This document shows positions 1 to 10,504 of a DNA stretch of 64,000 nt, one piece after another. The position numbers and the translations under genes were made by a program. Every line of letters starts with the position of its first letter. Within the stretch, counting starts at the first letter, position 1. The notes below the pieces were generated by a model. It was not told the origin of the DNA. It saw only the letters and a program-made list of their open reading frames with translations, and did no database searches. The stretch is from contig JAFTFO010000017.1 in NCBI GenBank assembly GCA_017449495.1, positions 4,805 through 68,804 on the forward strand, in the 5' to 3' direction. This stretch comes from Prevotella sp. GTDB lineage: Bacteria; Bacteroidota; Bacteroidia; Bacteroidales; Bacteroidaceae.

Positions 1-41
1 TTTTCTTTTGCCATAGCTTTTAGAAATTTAAGTGTTAATAA

Positions 42-1277
42 TTATAATTCGAGATCGCCGTCGAACACTTCGTGCCAAGGCAGACCTTGTTTGTTCAGTT
101 GCTCCATGAACGGATCGGGATCAAAGTCCTCTACGTTCCACACACCCGGTTTCTTCCAGAGGCCCTTCACGAACATCATCGCACCAATCATGGCTGGTAC
201 GCCCGTCGTATAGCTGACACCCTGCATGCCTGTTTCCTTGTAGGCCTCCTGGTGCTTACAGTTATTATATATATAATAGGTGTGCTCCTGACCGTCCTTG
301 ATACCACGGATACGACAGCCGATGCTCGTCTCGCCCTCATAGTTCTCACCCAGATCCTGGGGATTGGGGAGCACAGCCTTCAGGAACTGCAGTGGAACGA
401 TCTTCACCTTGGCAGAACCAGTGCCGTCGGCTAACGGGGCTTCATATTCGATCTCGTCGATACGACTCATGCCGATATTCTGGATTACGTCGAGATGCTT
501 CAGATACTGTTCGCCGAAAGTCATCCAGAAGCGTCCCTGCTTGATAGTGGGATAGTTCTTGACCAGTGACTCCAGCTCTTCGTGGTGCAACAGATAACTC
601 TCACGGGGACCGATGTTAGGGTAGGTGAGGGGCTTGTGAATCTCCAACGGCTCCGTCTCTATCCAGTGGCCATCCTTATAGTAGAGTCCCTTCTGGGTAA
701 TCTCGCGAATATTGATCTCGGGGTTGAAGTTCGTGGCGAAGGCGTGGTGGTGGTCACCGGCATTGCAGTCGACGATGTCGAGATAGTGAATCTCGTCGAA
801 GTGGTGCTTGGCAGCGTAGGCCGTATAGACGCCGCTGACGCCCGGGTCGAAGCCACAGCCGAGGATGGCTGTCAGGCCAGCCTGCTCGAAACGGTCTTTG
901 TAGGCCCACTGCCAGGAGTATTCGAAGTGGGCCTCGTCCTTCGGCTCGTAGTTGGCCGTGTCGAGATAGTTACAGCCACAGGCCAGACAGGCCTCCATGA
1001 TCGTCAGGTCCTGATAGGGCAGGGCGAGGTTGATCACCAGTTCTGGCTTGTAGTCGGAGAAGAGCGCCTTCAGTTGCTCCACGTCGTCGGCATCGACCTG
1101 AGCCGTCTTGATATCCATATTGTAGCCCGCCTTGTGGATGTCGTCCACAATCTTGTCGCACTTGGCCTTGCGACGGCTGGCAATCATAAAGTCTGTAAAT
1201 ACATCAACATTCTGGGCAATCTTGAATGCCGCCACCGTTGCGACGCCTCCGGCGCCAATCATTAATACTCTTGACAT
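42..1277 (-). CDS. Saccharopine dehydrogenase family protein, probably carboxy(nor)spermidine dehydrogenase
   Basis: 411 aa. N-terminal Rossmann motif IGAGGVA, plus NYLDTANYEP, GCGFDPG, FATNFNPEINIRE and VSYTTGVPA motifs typical of this family. Confidence 0.85.
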   Translation of the reverse strand: MSRVLMIGAGGVATVAAFKIAQNVDVFTDFMIASRRKAKCDKIVDDIHKAGYNMDIKTAQVDADDVEQLKALFSDYKPELVINLALPYQDLTIMEACLACGCNYLDTANYEPKDEAHFEYSWQWAYKDRFEQAGLTAILGCGFDPGVSGVYTAYAAKHHFDEIHYLDIVDCNAGDHHHAFATNFNPEINIREITQKGLYYKDGHWIETEPLEIHKPLTYPNIGPRESYLLHHEELESLVKNYPTIKQGRFWMTFGEQYLKHLDVIQNIGMSRIDEIEYEAPLADGTGSAKVKIVPLQFLKAVLPNPQDLGENYEGETSIGCRIRGIKDGQEHTYYIYNNCKHQEAYKETGMQGVSYTTGVPAMIGAMMFVKGLWKKPGVWNVEDFDPDPFMEQLNKQGLPWHEVFDGDLEL

Positions 1278-1303
1278 AATTATTATCTTTGAACTTTAAG
1301 GTG

Positions 1304-1335
1304 CAAATATACGAAGATTTCCCCGAATGAGCAAA
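1304..1335 (-). promoter_or_regulatory. Bacteroidota sigma-A promoter (-33/-7) for the dehydrogenase
   Basis: Minus strand TTTG (1335-1332), 20 nt spacer, TATATTTG (1311-1304). Matches the TTTG-N19-21-TAnnTTTG consensus. Confidence 0.6.
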
Positions 1336-1405
1336 CTTTTGCCTCCTTTTATTTGGCTTTTAACTTTTTTCCCCTGTTTACTTTTTTTATTTCACTTCTT
1401 TTTGT

Positions 1406-1413
1406 TACCTTTG
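1406..1413 (+). promoter_or_regulatory. -7 promoter box for nhaD
   Basis: TACCTTTG matches TAnnTTTG, 44 nt upstream of the ATG. Confidence 0.5.
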
Positions 1414-1457
1414 CAGACAAATTACAAACAATTTAATAACTCAAATACAATTTCAAA

Positions 1458-2792
1458 ATGTCAACATTAACGATTGCTATTGTCATCGTATTCTGCATCG
1501 GCTATCTGTGCATAGCCCTTGAGAGTCTGACAAGAGTCAACAAGGCAGCCATTGCCCTGCTGATGTGTGTGTGCTGCTGGACCCTGTTGATGGTGGGGCC
1601 TGCTCCTTATTATCCCGCTGTTGCCGATGGCGACGTCATCCATCACATTGCCGAGGTGATTGAGCACCATCTGGGCGATGCCGCAGGCACCCTCTTCTTC
1701 CTGATGGGTGCCATGACCATCGTCGAGATTGTCGACTCCAACGGTGGATTCAACTTTGTGCGTGACACGATGAAGACACGGTCCAAGCGTAAGCTCATGT
1801 GGCGTATGGTCTTCATGACTTTCTTCCTGTCTGCCATCCTCGACAACCTGACTACTTCAATCGTGATGATCATGGTGCTTCGTAAACTCGTCCAGAGCCG
1901 GGGCGACCGTATTATCTATGCGGCCCTTGTCGTCATTGCAGCCAACTCGGGTGGTGCCTTCTCTCCCATTGGCGACGTGACGACTATCATGCTGTGGATC
2001 AAGGGTGTTATCACTACACAAGGCGTCATCACGGAGATATTCATTCCGTCGCTCGTCTCAATGCTTGTGCCAGCCTTCATCCTGCAGTATCAGCTAAAAG
2101 GTAAGTTTGATAAGGAACAGAACCTGCCCAAGGCCGAGGTGAGTCAGTTCACGAAGGCTCAGCGCGACACGATCTTCTGGCTCGGCGTGGGTGGTCTCTG
2201 CTTTGTGCCCATCTTCAAGACCATCACTCATCTGCCCCCGTTCATGGGTATCCTGCTCGTACTGGGTGTGCTCTGGACCGTTACGGAGATTTTCCATTAT
2301 AACACAGCTGAGGATGACACGATGGCCAAGCGTGTGAGCGATCTGTTGTCGAAGATTGACCTCTCCACCATCATGTTCTTCCTTGGTATCCTGATGGCTG
2401 TTGCCGTGTTGCAGGAGGTTGGCGTACTTGCCATGCTTGGCTCAACACTCGACGAGACTTTCCAAGGCAACCATTATCTCGTGACGGGCATCATCGGTGT
2501 GCTCTCGTCTATCGTCGACAATGTGCCGCTCGTAGCAGGCTGTATGGGTATGTATCCCGTTGAGGCTGCTGGTGACCTGGCTATTGACGGTATCTTCTGG
2601 CAACTGTTGGCTTATTGTGCCGGCGTGGGTGGCTCGATGCTCATCATCGGCTCTGCCGCTGGCGTGGTTGTCATGGGCCTGGAGAAGATTACGTTTGGCT
2701 GGTATATGAAGAAGATCACATGGGTGGCCTTCGCAGGCTATATCGCTGGTATCTTCGTCTATTGGCTTGAACGTACATTCATCCTTGCTTGA
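1458..2792 (+). CDS. nhaD: Na+/H+ antiporter, NhaD family
   Basis: 444 aa, highly hydrophobic. Motifs FFLSAILDNLTT, AANSGGAFSPIGDVTT, SSIVDNVPLV and GGSMLIIGSAAGV. Confidence 0.85.
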   Translation: MSTLTIAIVIVFCIGYLCIALESLTRVNKAAIALLMCVCCWTLLMVGPAPYYPAVADGDVIHHIAEVIEHHLGDAAGTLFFLMGAMTIVEIVDSNGGFNFVRDTMKTRSKRKLMWRMVFMTFFLSAILDNLTTSIVMIMVLRKLVQSRGDRIIYAALVVIAANSGGAFSPIGDVTTIMLWIKGVITTQGVITEIFIPSLVSMLVPAFILQYQLKGKFDKEQNLPKAEVSQFTKAQRDTIFWLGVGGLCFVPIFKTITHLPPFMGILLVLGVLWTVTEIFHYNTAEDDTMAKRVSDLLSKIDLSTIMFFLGILMAVAVLQEVGVLAMLGSTLDETFQGNHYLVTGIIGVLSSIVDNVPLVAGCMGMYPVEAAGDLAIDGIFWQLLAYCAGVGGSMLIIGSAAGVVVMGLEKITFGWYMKKITWVAFAGYIAGIFVYWLERTFILA

Positions 2793-2817
2793 TGCTTTCG
2801 CGTACCTATTTTATAAT

Positions 2818-2856
2818 ATAAATGGAGGCCTTCGTTAAACATGGGCCTCCATTTAT
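2818..2856. terminator. Hairpin between convergent nhaD and kinase operon, likely bidirectional terminator
   Basis: ATAAATGGAGGCC (2818-2830) and GGCCTCCATTTAT (2844-2856) form a perfect 13-bp inverted repeat with AT-rich flanks. Confidence 0.7.
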
Positions 2857-5627
2857 TATTTTCGTTCACATGGTATCCATATCCAGAAGGTGGAGCCGTG
2901 GCCTTCACCTTCGGAGGTGACACCGATGTGGCCGTTGCAGCGCTCGACGATATTCTGACAGATAGAGAGACCGAGACCAGTACCTTGCACAAAGTCGTTC
3001 AGCTTAACGAATCGTTCGAACACGCTTGCCTGCTTCTCCTTGGGGATGCCAGCACCTGTATCGAGGCAGTAGATCGTAAGTCCGTCGGTCTCGCTGCTGC
3101 CGTCGAATGTCACGCGACGATCCCAATGGTAACCTACCTTGATAAATCCTTCATGAGTGTACTTCACGGCGTTAGTGACGAAGTTCGTGAGTACTTGCTG
3201 CACACGTCCTTTGTCAAGTACGGTTGGACATGTGGGGTAGGGATTGTCTTTGATGAACTCAACGCCCGGTTCCTGTACTCGCTGGGCGAGTGTCTGGCAG
3301 ATGTCGTCGAAGACCGGTGAGAAGTCTACTTCTGCGGGCTTGATGGCAAGTGCCTGCCCCATTGACGACGCTTCGAGGATATCGTTGATGAGGCGCATGA
3401 GCATGTCGCAGTTGTTCTGGATGATGCGGATGAACTCCATGCGCTCCTCTTTCGTGTCGATCATCGGTAACAGGTCGCTGAAGCCGACGATGGCATTCAA
3501 CGGCGTGCGTATCTCGTGGGTCATGTTGGCCAGGAATGCACTCTTCATACGACCGGAGTCCTCTGCACGGCTGGTCTCTTGCTTCAAATTCTGTTGTGCC
3601 TCCATGAGGTTTGTCACATCACGGGCCACGCCGTAATAGGAGACTATTATACCGTCTTTATTACGCTCCGGCACACCGCTGAGAGCATACCAGCAGGGCT
3701 TGGGGTTCGCCGGTAAGTGTTTGAAGTGGTGAATGGCATTGAAGTCTTCGCCACGCTGTATCATGCCGATGAGGTTCTGGTCAGCCTCTTCCCGCCCCTC
3801 TTCAAACATGTCGTTTATATATTCGTCACGGCTTATCGTATAACCTGTTGTGCGGAGCGACCGGGAGAAGTTAATCTGACGGTTGACAAGGTCGAACTGC
3901 CATACGAACATGTCTGACTTCTCCAACAGATACTGCAGACGGTTCTCGTATTCGTTGATCGTCTTACCTGCCTTCTCCATTTCCTGGTTGTGACGTAACT
4001 GCTCGAGGTAAAGGCTGCGCTCGTCAGTCATGTCACGGGCAGTGAGTACATAGTATTTCACATTCTCGTCATCATCACAAATGGGATTGATACGCAATTC
4101 GATGTGTTTGTCAAGGCCGAGATCTGGTATGATAGTATGCTGACATATGTGGAGTTGCTCATGGCTGTTATGGGAATCTTGGTCCTTAAAGAAGGTAAAA
4201 TCGAAGAGCTGTGTCTTGAAGAACCATGACTCATTCTCCTCCGTAATCCCACAGAGTTCACGCATGTTGTCGTTGAAGTCGATGAGGTTGCCCTCGCCGT
4301 CATAGAACGACATAGCGATGATATTGGTCTCGAAGGTCTTCATGTACTTGGCGCTTAGCTCGCTGTTGACACGCTCTTCATCGATTTGTGAGGTGATGTC
4401 GCGGACGGTATTGGTGATAAAGCGAGGCTTGTCACCTTTGTATTCAAGGCTTGCCAGTCCACTAAGCCAGATCCAGTGAGGCTGTTCCTGCGAACCGATG
4501 TTCAGTCGCTTGGTGTAGCGTGCCTGTTGGAGCTTGCCGGTCACCAACAGGTCGAGCTCCTTCTGGAAATCTTCTTGGTCTTTGGAATCGATTCGTGGCA
4601 TGAAGGCATCTCTCACCAATTCTCCTTCTGGTAGTAGCTGACCGTGAATATTGTGGATGCGCCCCGTTACGATATCAATGGTAAATACATAGTAGTTTCC
4701 CATATTGAGCGCCTGCTCCATGATGTTGTTCAGGTCTTCTGTCCGATGTACGGCCATCCTTACTCTGGCACGGACCAGACGGGTCATCAGCACACCAATG
4801 ATGACGGCGATGATGGTACCGGCAAGCACGATGAGGGCGATCGGTGACGTGTCGTCATGGATACGCTCAGGGTGGAACCATTTGTCACGCAGCACTTCAA
4901 GATCGCCGCTTTGTTCCAGACGAGCGTATTCATCGTCGATGGCGTCGATGAGCTCCTTGTCGTAGCCCACGATGCGGATTTCACCGTCGGGGATGTCAAT
5001 GGGATCGACAATCATCGTGTCTATGGCCAATTCCTTCTTCTTCCACATCAGTGGTCCCTCGCCCCAGATGAAATATTGGTATCGTCCTTCGCTGATACCA
5101 GCCAGGGCCTCCTTGGGTGAACGGTAGAGGATAGGGATATCCAGATGGCGCTCGTCCACAATTCGGGTAGCGGCATAGTCGTTGAGTTTGAGTAATAGTG
5201 TGTCTTTGGGTGTGAATTCGTCGAGCTTTGTGATCTTGCGGGCATCGGCGGCTGAGACAAGCTGTAGCTTGTAGTAATTCAGGATATTGGTCGAGCGGAT
5301 GTAAGGACGGCCGTAAAAGCGATAGGAAGGGTCGATGATCACGTCGGCATCACGACGCTCAAAGGTCTGTGCCGCCTCGCTCCACTCACGGAGGATGATG
5401 CGATACGGGATATCGAGCTTCTTGAAGATGGTCTGCAAAAGCTCTATGTTATAGCCTGCTGGCTCCCCCTGGTCGTTACTATATTCGTAAGGCGGGAAAT
5501 CCCAGTCACTTGCGATGATGACCGGATTATCCTTGGTGTAGCTGACATCGAGTTGTGCTTGTACTGGCGATGCTATGAGCAACGTCAACAAGCTTGTCAG
5601 GAGCAGGGAATATATATGTCTGATCAT
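2856..5627 (-). CDS. Sensor histidine kinase HK1: signal peptide, SBP family 3-like periplasmic domain, TM, PAS-like repeats, HisKA (His intact), HATPase
   Basis: 923 aa. DWDFPPYEY...GYNIEL SBP_bac_3-like motif, H-box NMTHEIRTPLN, N-box NFVTNAVKYT, G1 DTGAGI, G2 GTGLGLSIC. Confidence 0.9.
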   Translation of the reverse strand: MIRHIYSLLLTSLLTLLIASPVQAQLDVSYTKDNPVIIASDWDFPPYEYSNDQGEPAGYNIELLQTIFKKLDIPYRIILREWSEAAQTFERRDADVIIDPSYRFYGRPYIRSTNILNYYKLQLVSAADARKITKLDEFTPKDTLLLKLNDYAATRIVDERHLDIPILYRSPKEALAGISEGRYQYFIWGEGPLMWKKKELAIDTMIVDPIDIPDGEIRIVGYDKELIDAIDDEYARLEQSGDLEVLRDKWFHPERIHDDTSPIALIVLAGTIIAVIIGVLMTRLVRARVRMAVHRTEDLNNIMEQALNMGNYYVFTIDIVTGRIHNIHGQLLPEGELVRDAFMPRIDSKDQEDFQKELDLLVTGKLQQARYTKRLNIGSQEQPHWIWLSGLASLEYKGDKPRFITNTVRDITSQIDEERVNSELSAKYMKTFETNIIAMSFYDGEGNLIDFNDNMRELCGITEENESWFFKTQLFDFTFFKDQDSHNSHEQLHICQHTIIPDLGLDKHIELRINPICDDDENVKYYVLTARDMTDERSLYLEQLRHNQEMEKAGKTINEYENRLQYLLEKSDMFVWQFDLVNRQINFSRSLRTTGYTISRDEYINDMFEEGREEADQNLIGMIQRGEDFNAIHHFKHLPANPKPCWYALSGVPERNKDGIIVSYYGVARDVTNLMEAQQNLKQETSRAEDSGRMKSAFLANMTHEIRTPLNAIVGFSDLLPMIDTKEERMEFIRIIQNNCDMLMRLINDILEASSMGQALAIKPAEVDFSPVFDDICQTLAQRVQEPGVEFIKDNPYPTCPTVLDKGRVQQVLTNFVTNAVKYTHEGFIKVGYHWDRRVTFDGSSETDGLTIYCLDTGAGIPKEKQASVFERFVKLNDFVQGTGLGLSICQNIVERCNGHIGVTSEGEGHGSTFWIWIPCERK

Positions 5628-5631
5628 AATG

Positions 5632-8451
5632 CTATGTCCTTTCTATTTCGAGTGCCTGACAAGGAATGGAGAACCAGACAGTGGTGCCCTTACCCTCGTC
5701 GGACTTGATGTTAATAGTGCCGTTGAGTCGCTGGATGAGCTCGTAACAGATGGAGAGACCGAGGCCTGCACCATTGTTAGCACCAGTGACGAAGCGTTCA
5801 AAGATGTTACCCAGAGCCGACTTGTGGATACCGCAGCCAGTGTCCTCGACGGAGACAACAAGGTGGTCGCCAAGGTAGTCGTAGCGTACTGTGACAGAAC
5901 CCTTTTCGGTGTACTGCACGGCGTTGGTGACAATCTTGTCGATGATGATTCCTACGTTTGTACTGTCGATCTCAAGCATCAGCTTGTTAAAGGAACTGTT
6001 GACGGAATACTCGACATCAGTCTTTCTCATGTTCGCCCAAACTGCCTCGCATTGCTGGGTGATGGATAGCGTGAAGTCGACGGCACGGGTATTGAATTCG
6101 ATCATGTCGGCGTCGAGCCTTGAGAGGAACAGAATGTCGTTGATGAGCTTGAGCAGCTTAGCGGAGTTCTCCTTGATCTCTTGGATGAATACTACCTCAT
6201 CTTCCTGGCTGTGCTCCATCTGGAAGAGTTCTGCGAAGCCTACCACCGTGTTCAATGGGGTTCGTATCTCGAAACTCATGTTGTGTAGGAACGCATTCTT
6301 AACCACCTCAACCTCCTGGGCACGCAGAGTCTCTGCTGCCAGTTTCTCTTCGATGGTCTTGATTTCGCTGATGTCACGACACATGCCAAAGTATTCCTTC
6401 AGTTCGCCCTGATCGTTGTAGACGGGGATGAAATTCAGTTGCAGATGCAGTTGCCCGCCACCGCCTTTCTTTCTCAAGGTGGTCTTTATATCTGCATGGA
6501 TGGGCTTTGTCGTGAGGCTGTCCATGCTCTTGATGATGTTCAGCGCACGGCGTCGCGAACTGTCGTCAACCAAGCTGAGAGCACGTGTCTGTGTTAACTC
6601 GAACTCCACATGGCTGATGTTGCTGTAAATGATCAAAGTGTGAGTCTCATGGTTATAGTGTGCCATGCGGATGCCTCCAACATTCATCACATAGTCGATG
6701 TTCCGGATGTAGTGGTTCATCTCGTCGTTGCTTTGCTGCAACTCACGGGCATTTTCCTTGATCTTCCGGTATGACATCGCGACCTCTGTCACGTTACGGC
6801 CTGTACCAAAGATGTTCAGCAGGTTACCTTGACTGTCACGTACAGGTACTAATTTTAATTCGTAGAACATCTTCGAGCGTTTCAGGTGCTGGGCTAAGGC
6901 ACGGTCATCATCAGGCGTGAATATCTGGGTGATGTGCATGGTCTCAAACGTGTCGAGGTCGATATCCTCCATGCCTAATACGTCTTTCAGGTGAATGTGC
7001 TCTTGTATCAGGTTATCTTTGTTTGTGTGGATACCGTGAAGAGCCTTGTCGTTCATGTCTATAATGTAGCCTTCGGCATCGTACACTACCATGTCGATCA
7101 TGGCCGTATTGAATACAGCCTGATAGCGTATCATGCTGTCCTGTATACGTAACTGGCGTTCCCGTTCGTTGGTGATGTCTACTCTCGTGCCAAGGATATC
7201 TGTGGGCTTGCCATAGCGATTGCGCCGAAGAACACCGATGTCGACGTTGTAATCGCGCTCAACATAGTGGGCGTTCTTGTATTCCTTGATTTTTAATGTG
7301 ATGTTGGCAGAGTCCTTCCGCTGATAGATGACGTCGTCGAGGGACTCTCGGAGTGTATCGTAATCGGTCTGACTGTAACGGGTCACCATTTCATGTAGAT
7401 GGAGTGTCTGCGTGGTCTTTCCGAATTTGTTAAGCCATTCGAAGGTCTGGGGAAGGACATGGTAGACCCACAGACCGATCTCACTGGTGCTGAGTATGAG
7501 TGAGAGACGGTCGTTGCTCTGACGGATCTCACGTGTCATCTGGCGCTCACGGATACGGTAGAAGGCATAGTAGGCCAGGAATGCCAATGCAAGTGCTGCT
7601 AACACGCCGGCAATGTTCCATACCCATGCCGGAATGCCGGTGTCGGCATGCTCTGGATAGAACCACTTGTTGCGGATGGTCTCTAACTCATCGTTACTAC
7701 GGAGTTCTGTATAGACACTGTCAATCTGATCAAGCAGATGCCGGTCTTTCGACATGAACTTATACTCTCCGGCAGGTATGTCGATGGGGTTGATGGTCAG
7801 ATTGTCGGTCTTATATTTCCGCATAAGCCATTTCAGCGACATGGTGTTCCAGATAATCACGCCCTGCTCGTCGGTGCGGAGCTTCTGGATAGCTTCTTTC
7901 ATGTCGTCGTATGCCTTGATGTCTTTCGTCCACCCTTCGTCCACAATCATGTGGTGGCTGAAACTACCTTCATGGACGATGACGAGATGCCCCTTCAAGT
8001 CCTTGCCTGTCCGCAGTTCGACATGTGAGGACAGCGGTGATACCACACTATGGGTAAACAACTGGACGATGGTGTTGCTGTAGAGGGAGTTTCCTCTGGA
8101 GAACGATGCGTCCATACGGAGCATCAAGTCTGACTTGCCACTTTTCAAATCGGCCTGTGCCTCGAGGGTAGGCTTTAACTTAACGATGTAAGGGATGTTG
8201 AGCCTCTTGAAAATCATTCTCAGCAGGTCGATATTGTAGCCGTCGGGCTCGCCATTCTCGTTGAGGAACACGTATGGCCATAGGTCCCAGGCATCCTCAT
8301 AGACCAGTGGATGCTCTTCTGTGAACACCTTGGTGCTGTCTGCCGTCTGGGCTGCTATTGTTAATGGGAAGATAGAAGTAAAAAGAAGCAGTACCGCCAT
8401 CAGGCAGCAGTTTCCCTTTATCTTCATATATCTTCTTCTGATTTCCTTCAT
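5632..8451 (-). CDS. Histidine-kinase-like sensor HK2 with SBP family 3-like domain; phospho-acceptor His replaced by Phe
   Basis: 939 aa (alternative start 8427). DAWDLWPYVF...GYNIDL, H-box NMSFEIRTPLN, NAVQYT, DTGCGI, GAGLGLSIC. Confidence 0.88.
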   Translation of the reverse strand: MKEIRRRYMKIKGNCCLMAVLLLFTSIFPLTIAAQTADSTKVFTEEHPLVYEDAWDLWPYVFLNENGEPDGYNIDLLRMIFKRLNIPYIVKLKPTLEAQADLKSGKSDLMLRMDASFSRGNSLYSNTIVQLFTHSVVSPLSSHVELRTGKDLKGHLVIVHEGSFSHHMIVDEGWTKDIKAYDDMKEAIQKLRTDEQGVIIWNTMSLKWLMRKYKTDNLTINPIDIPAGEYKFMSKDRHLLDQIDSVYTELRSNDELETIRNKWFYPEHADTGIPAWVWNIAGVLAALALAFLAYYAFYRIRERQMTREIRQSNDRLSLILSTSEIGLWVYHVLPQTFEWLNKFGKTTQTLHLHEMVTRYSQTDYDTLRESLDDVIYQRKDSANITLKIKEYKNAHYVERDYNVDIGVLRRNRYGKPTDILGTRVDITNERERQLRIQDSMIRYQAVFNTAMIDMVVYDAEGYIIDMNDKALHGIHTNKDNLIQEHIHLKDVLGMEDIDLDTFETMHITQIFTPDDDRALAQHLKRSKMFYELKLVPVRDSQGNLLNIFGTGRNVTEVAMSYRKIKENARELQQSNDEMNHYIRNIDYVMNVGGIRMAHYNHETHTLIIYSNISHVEFELTQTRALSLVDDSSRRRALNIIKSMDSLTTKPIHADIKTTLRKKGGGGQLHLQLNFIPVYNDQGELKEYFGMCRDISEIKTIEEKLAAETLRAQEVEVVKNAFLHNMSFEIRTPLNTVVGFAELFQMEHSQEDEVVFIQEIKENSAKLLKLINDILFLSRLDADMIEFNTRAVDFTLSITQQCEAVWANMRKTDVEYSVNSSFNKLMLEIDSTNVGIIIDKIVTNAVQYTEKGSVTVRYDYLGDHLVVSVEDTGCGIHKSALGNIFERFVTGANNGAGLGLSICYELIQRLNGTINIKSDEGKGTTVWFSIPCQALEIERT

Positions 8452-8458
8452 CTTCTTT

Positions 8459-10489
8459 TCACCTTTCCTTTTTCACTTCCTCGCATGGTATCCTTATCCA
8501 GAATGTAGATCCCTGACCTTCGCCTTCAGACTCGACACCGATATCACCATGACAGGCGTCGGCGATGGCCTTACAAATAGAGAGGCCGAGACCCGTACCT
8601 TGTACGAAGTCGTTCAGTTTGACAAAACGTTCAAATATCTTTTTCTGGTATTCCTTGGGGATGCCTGTACCTGTGTCTTCACAGTACAGATACAGGTGGC
8701 CATCCTCATATCGGTAACCAACCTTGATATGTCCTTGATGGGTGTATTTTACAGCGTTGGTAACGAAATCGGTGATGACCTGCTGGATGCGCTTGTCATC
8801 GAGGATCGTTATGAAACTGCTATACGGATTGTCCTTGATAAATTCTACAGACGGCTCCTGCACTCGCTCCTTCAGCGACTCACAGATGTCATCGAAACTC
8901 TTAGAGAAGTCCACCTCGGCAGGCTCAATGCTTATGCCGCCTGCGTCGAGCGACGAGATGGCGAGGATGTCGTTGATGAGTCGCATGAGCATGTCGCAAT
9001 TGTTCATGATGATACGGATAATCTCCTGCTTCTCCTCTTGGGAAGTCAGCATGGGCAGCACGTCGGAGAAGCCTACGATGGAATTCAGAGGTGTACGGAT
9101 CTCATGGGTCATGTTGGCCATGAACACTGACTTCAGACGACCAGAGTCATTGGCTCGCTCCGTTTCCTGCTTCAGCCTCTCCTGCTTGTTGATGAGATCA
9201 TTGACATTTCGTACAACGCCATAAGAGCCCTCCAGATGGCCGTTCTCGTCAAAGTAAGGTGTGCTGTCGACAATGTTCCACTGCAGGTCTTCACCCTCAT
9301 GGAAGAAGGGATGCATATAGGTAACAGTAGTGCGAGGCACATCGAAGTACTTCTCCGGCTCGATGAGTCCCTGCCGGAATGGGCTGTCGACGAAATGGTC
9401 GATGAGTGTGTCGAAATCCATCTGACTCTCTGGGGTACCGAGGGTCTTGAAGAAGTAGCACTGCCGCTTGGTAAACGAAGTTCGGAAGAACCGCATGTTA
9501 CAGGTATCCATCAGATACTGGATTTCGTTCTCGTACTGCTGGATGGCCTCGTTGGCTAAACGTATGTCAAGGCTGTTCTTCTTGTTCTGCAAATAAAGCT
9601 CACGCTCTTGGCTGACATCACGGATAGAGAAGGTGATACAATAGAGTTCGCCGTCATCCTTGTAGATGGGGTGGACACGCATCTCCGTATAGCAGTTGAC
9701 ACCTCGCTCGATAATAATACTCTTTGTACAGAAGTAGAGTTCCTCTACGTTGCGATTGTTCAGCAGGTCACGGAAGGTGGGCATGTCGAACAACGAGTTG
9801 TTGTAGTAGTACGGATCCTTTTCTGACTGGAAGTTCAGAATCTCGCGCATCTTCTGGTTGGTCGTGAGCAGACGACCATCCTTGTCATAGAAAGCTAAGC
9901 CGGTGAGCGACTGCTCGAAAATCCGGCGATACTTATCTGCCATCTCCTGTTCGTCCCTCTCCATCAGGATCTGTTCCGTACGGTCTGTCAGTGTGCAGAA
10001 GATATGTATGGGTCGGATACCGGCGTTAGCATATTCCGCAATGCCCCGGTCTTCCATGTAGCGCCATTGGCCAAGTTTCTGGATGCCACTGATATCCCAA
10101 CGGAAGATGCACTCATCCGTCTCTTTCTCACCACTTATCAGGCGCTTGATGAACTCCTGGTAGATATGGCGGTCATCAGGGTGAATCAGTTCAAGACTCT
10201 CCTCGTAAGCCATGCCGTCATCAGGTAACAGGTTGCTGTGGATATTGACGGCATGCCGCTGCCGGATATCGAGCATCAGCACAAAGTTCTTTCCCATGTT
10301 GAGGGTGTGCTGCATGATGGTGGAGGTTTCTTTTATCTTGTCAGTACTCTGGCGGATGCGCAGCAAGCTGATGCGATTGACGGCCCAGGTGATGATGAAG
10401 GCGATGCAGATGACAACCACCATCAGCACCGATGAGACATCGAGCGGAATGGTAGCCAGGGCCTGGATGTATGATGGTAGTATTGTCAT
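8459..10489 (-). CDS. Sensor histidine kinase HK3: single N-terminal TM, PAS-like repeats, HisKA (His intact), HATPase
   Basis: 676 aa. NMTHEIRTPLN, DFVTNAVKYT, DTGTGI, GTGLGLSIC. Close paralog of the cytoplasmic part of HK1. Confidence 0.9.
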   Translation of the reverse strand: MTILPSYIQALATIPLDVSSVLMVVVICIAFIITWAVNRISLLRIRQSTDKIKETSTIMQHTLNMGKNFVLMLDIRQRHAVNIHSNLLPDDGMAYEESLELIHPDDRHIYQEFIKRLISGEKETDECIFRWDISGIQKLGQWRYMEDRGIAEYANAGIRPIHIFCTLTDRTEQILMERDEQEMADKYRRIFEQSLTGLAFYDKDGRLLTTNQKMREILNFQSEKDPYYYNNSLFDMPTFRDLLNNRNVEELYFCTKSIIIERGVNCYTEMRVHPIYKDDGELYCITFSIRDVSQERELYLQNKKNSLDIRLANEAIQQYENEIQYLMDTCNMRFFRTSFTKRQCYFFKTLGTPESQMDFDTLIDHFVDSPFRQGLIEPEKYFDVPRTTVTYMHPFFHEGEDLQWNIVDSTPYFDENGHLEGSYGVVRNVNDLINKQERLKQETERANDSGRLKSVFMANMTHEIRTPLNSIVGFSDVLPMLTSQEEKQEIIRIIMNNCDMLMRLINDILAISSLDAGGISIEPAEVDFSKSFDDICESLKERVQEPSVEFIKDNPYSSFITILDDKRIQQVITDFVTNAVKYTHQGHIKVGYRYEDGHLYLYCEDTGTGIPKEYQKKIFERFVKLNDFVQGTGLGLSICKAIADACHGDIGVESEGEGQGSTFWIRIPCEEVKKER

Positions 10490-10504
10490 GTTCGTGTAGC
10501 CTGA

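Noticed and set aside
1-14. Possible start (ATG GCA AAA GAA, MAKE) of a minus-strand gene leaving the window
   Set aside because: Only four codons are visible, so no product can be assigned.
2841-9130. Plus-strand ORFs 2841-3320, 5575-6069 and 8321-9130; the first and last resemble each other
   Set aside because: They are antisense shadows of the paralogous HATPase domains, and the similarity comes from the real minus-strand genes.
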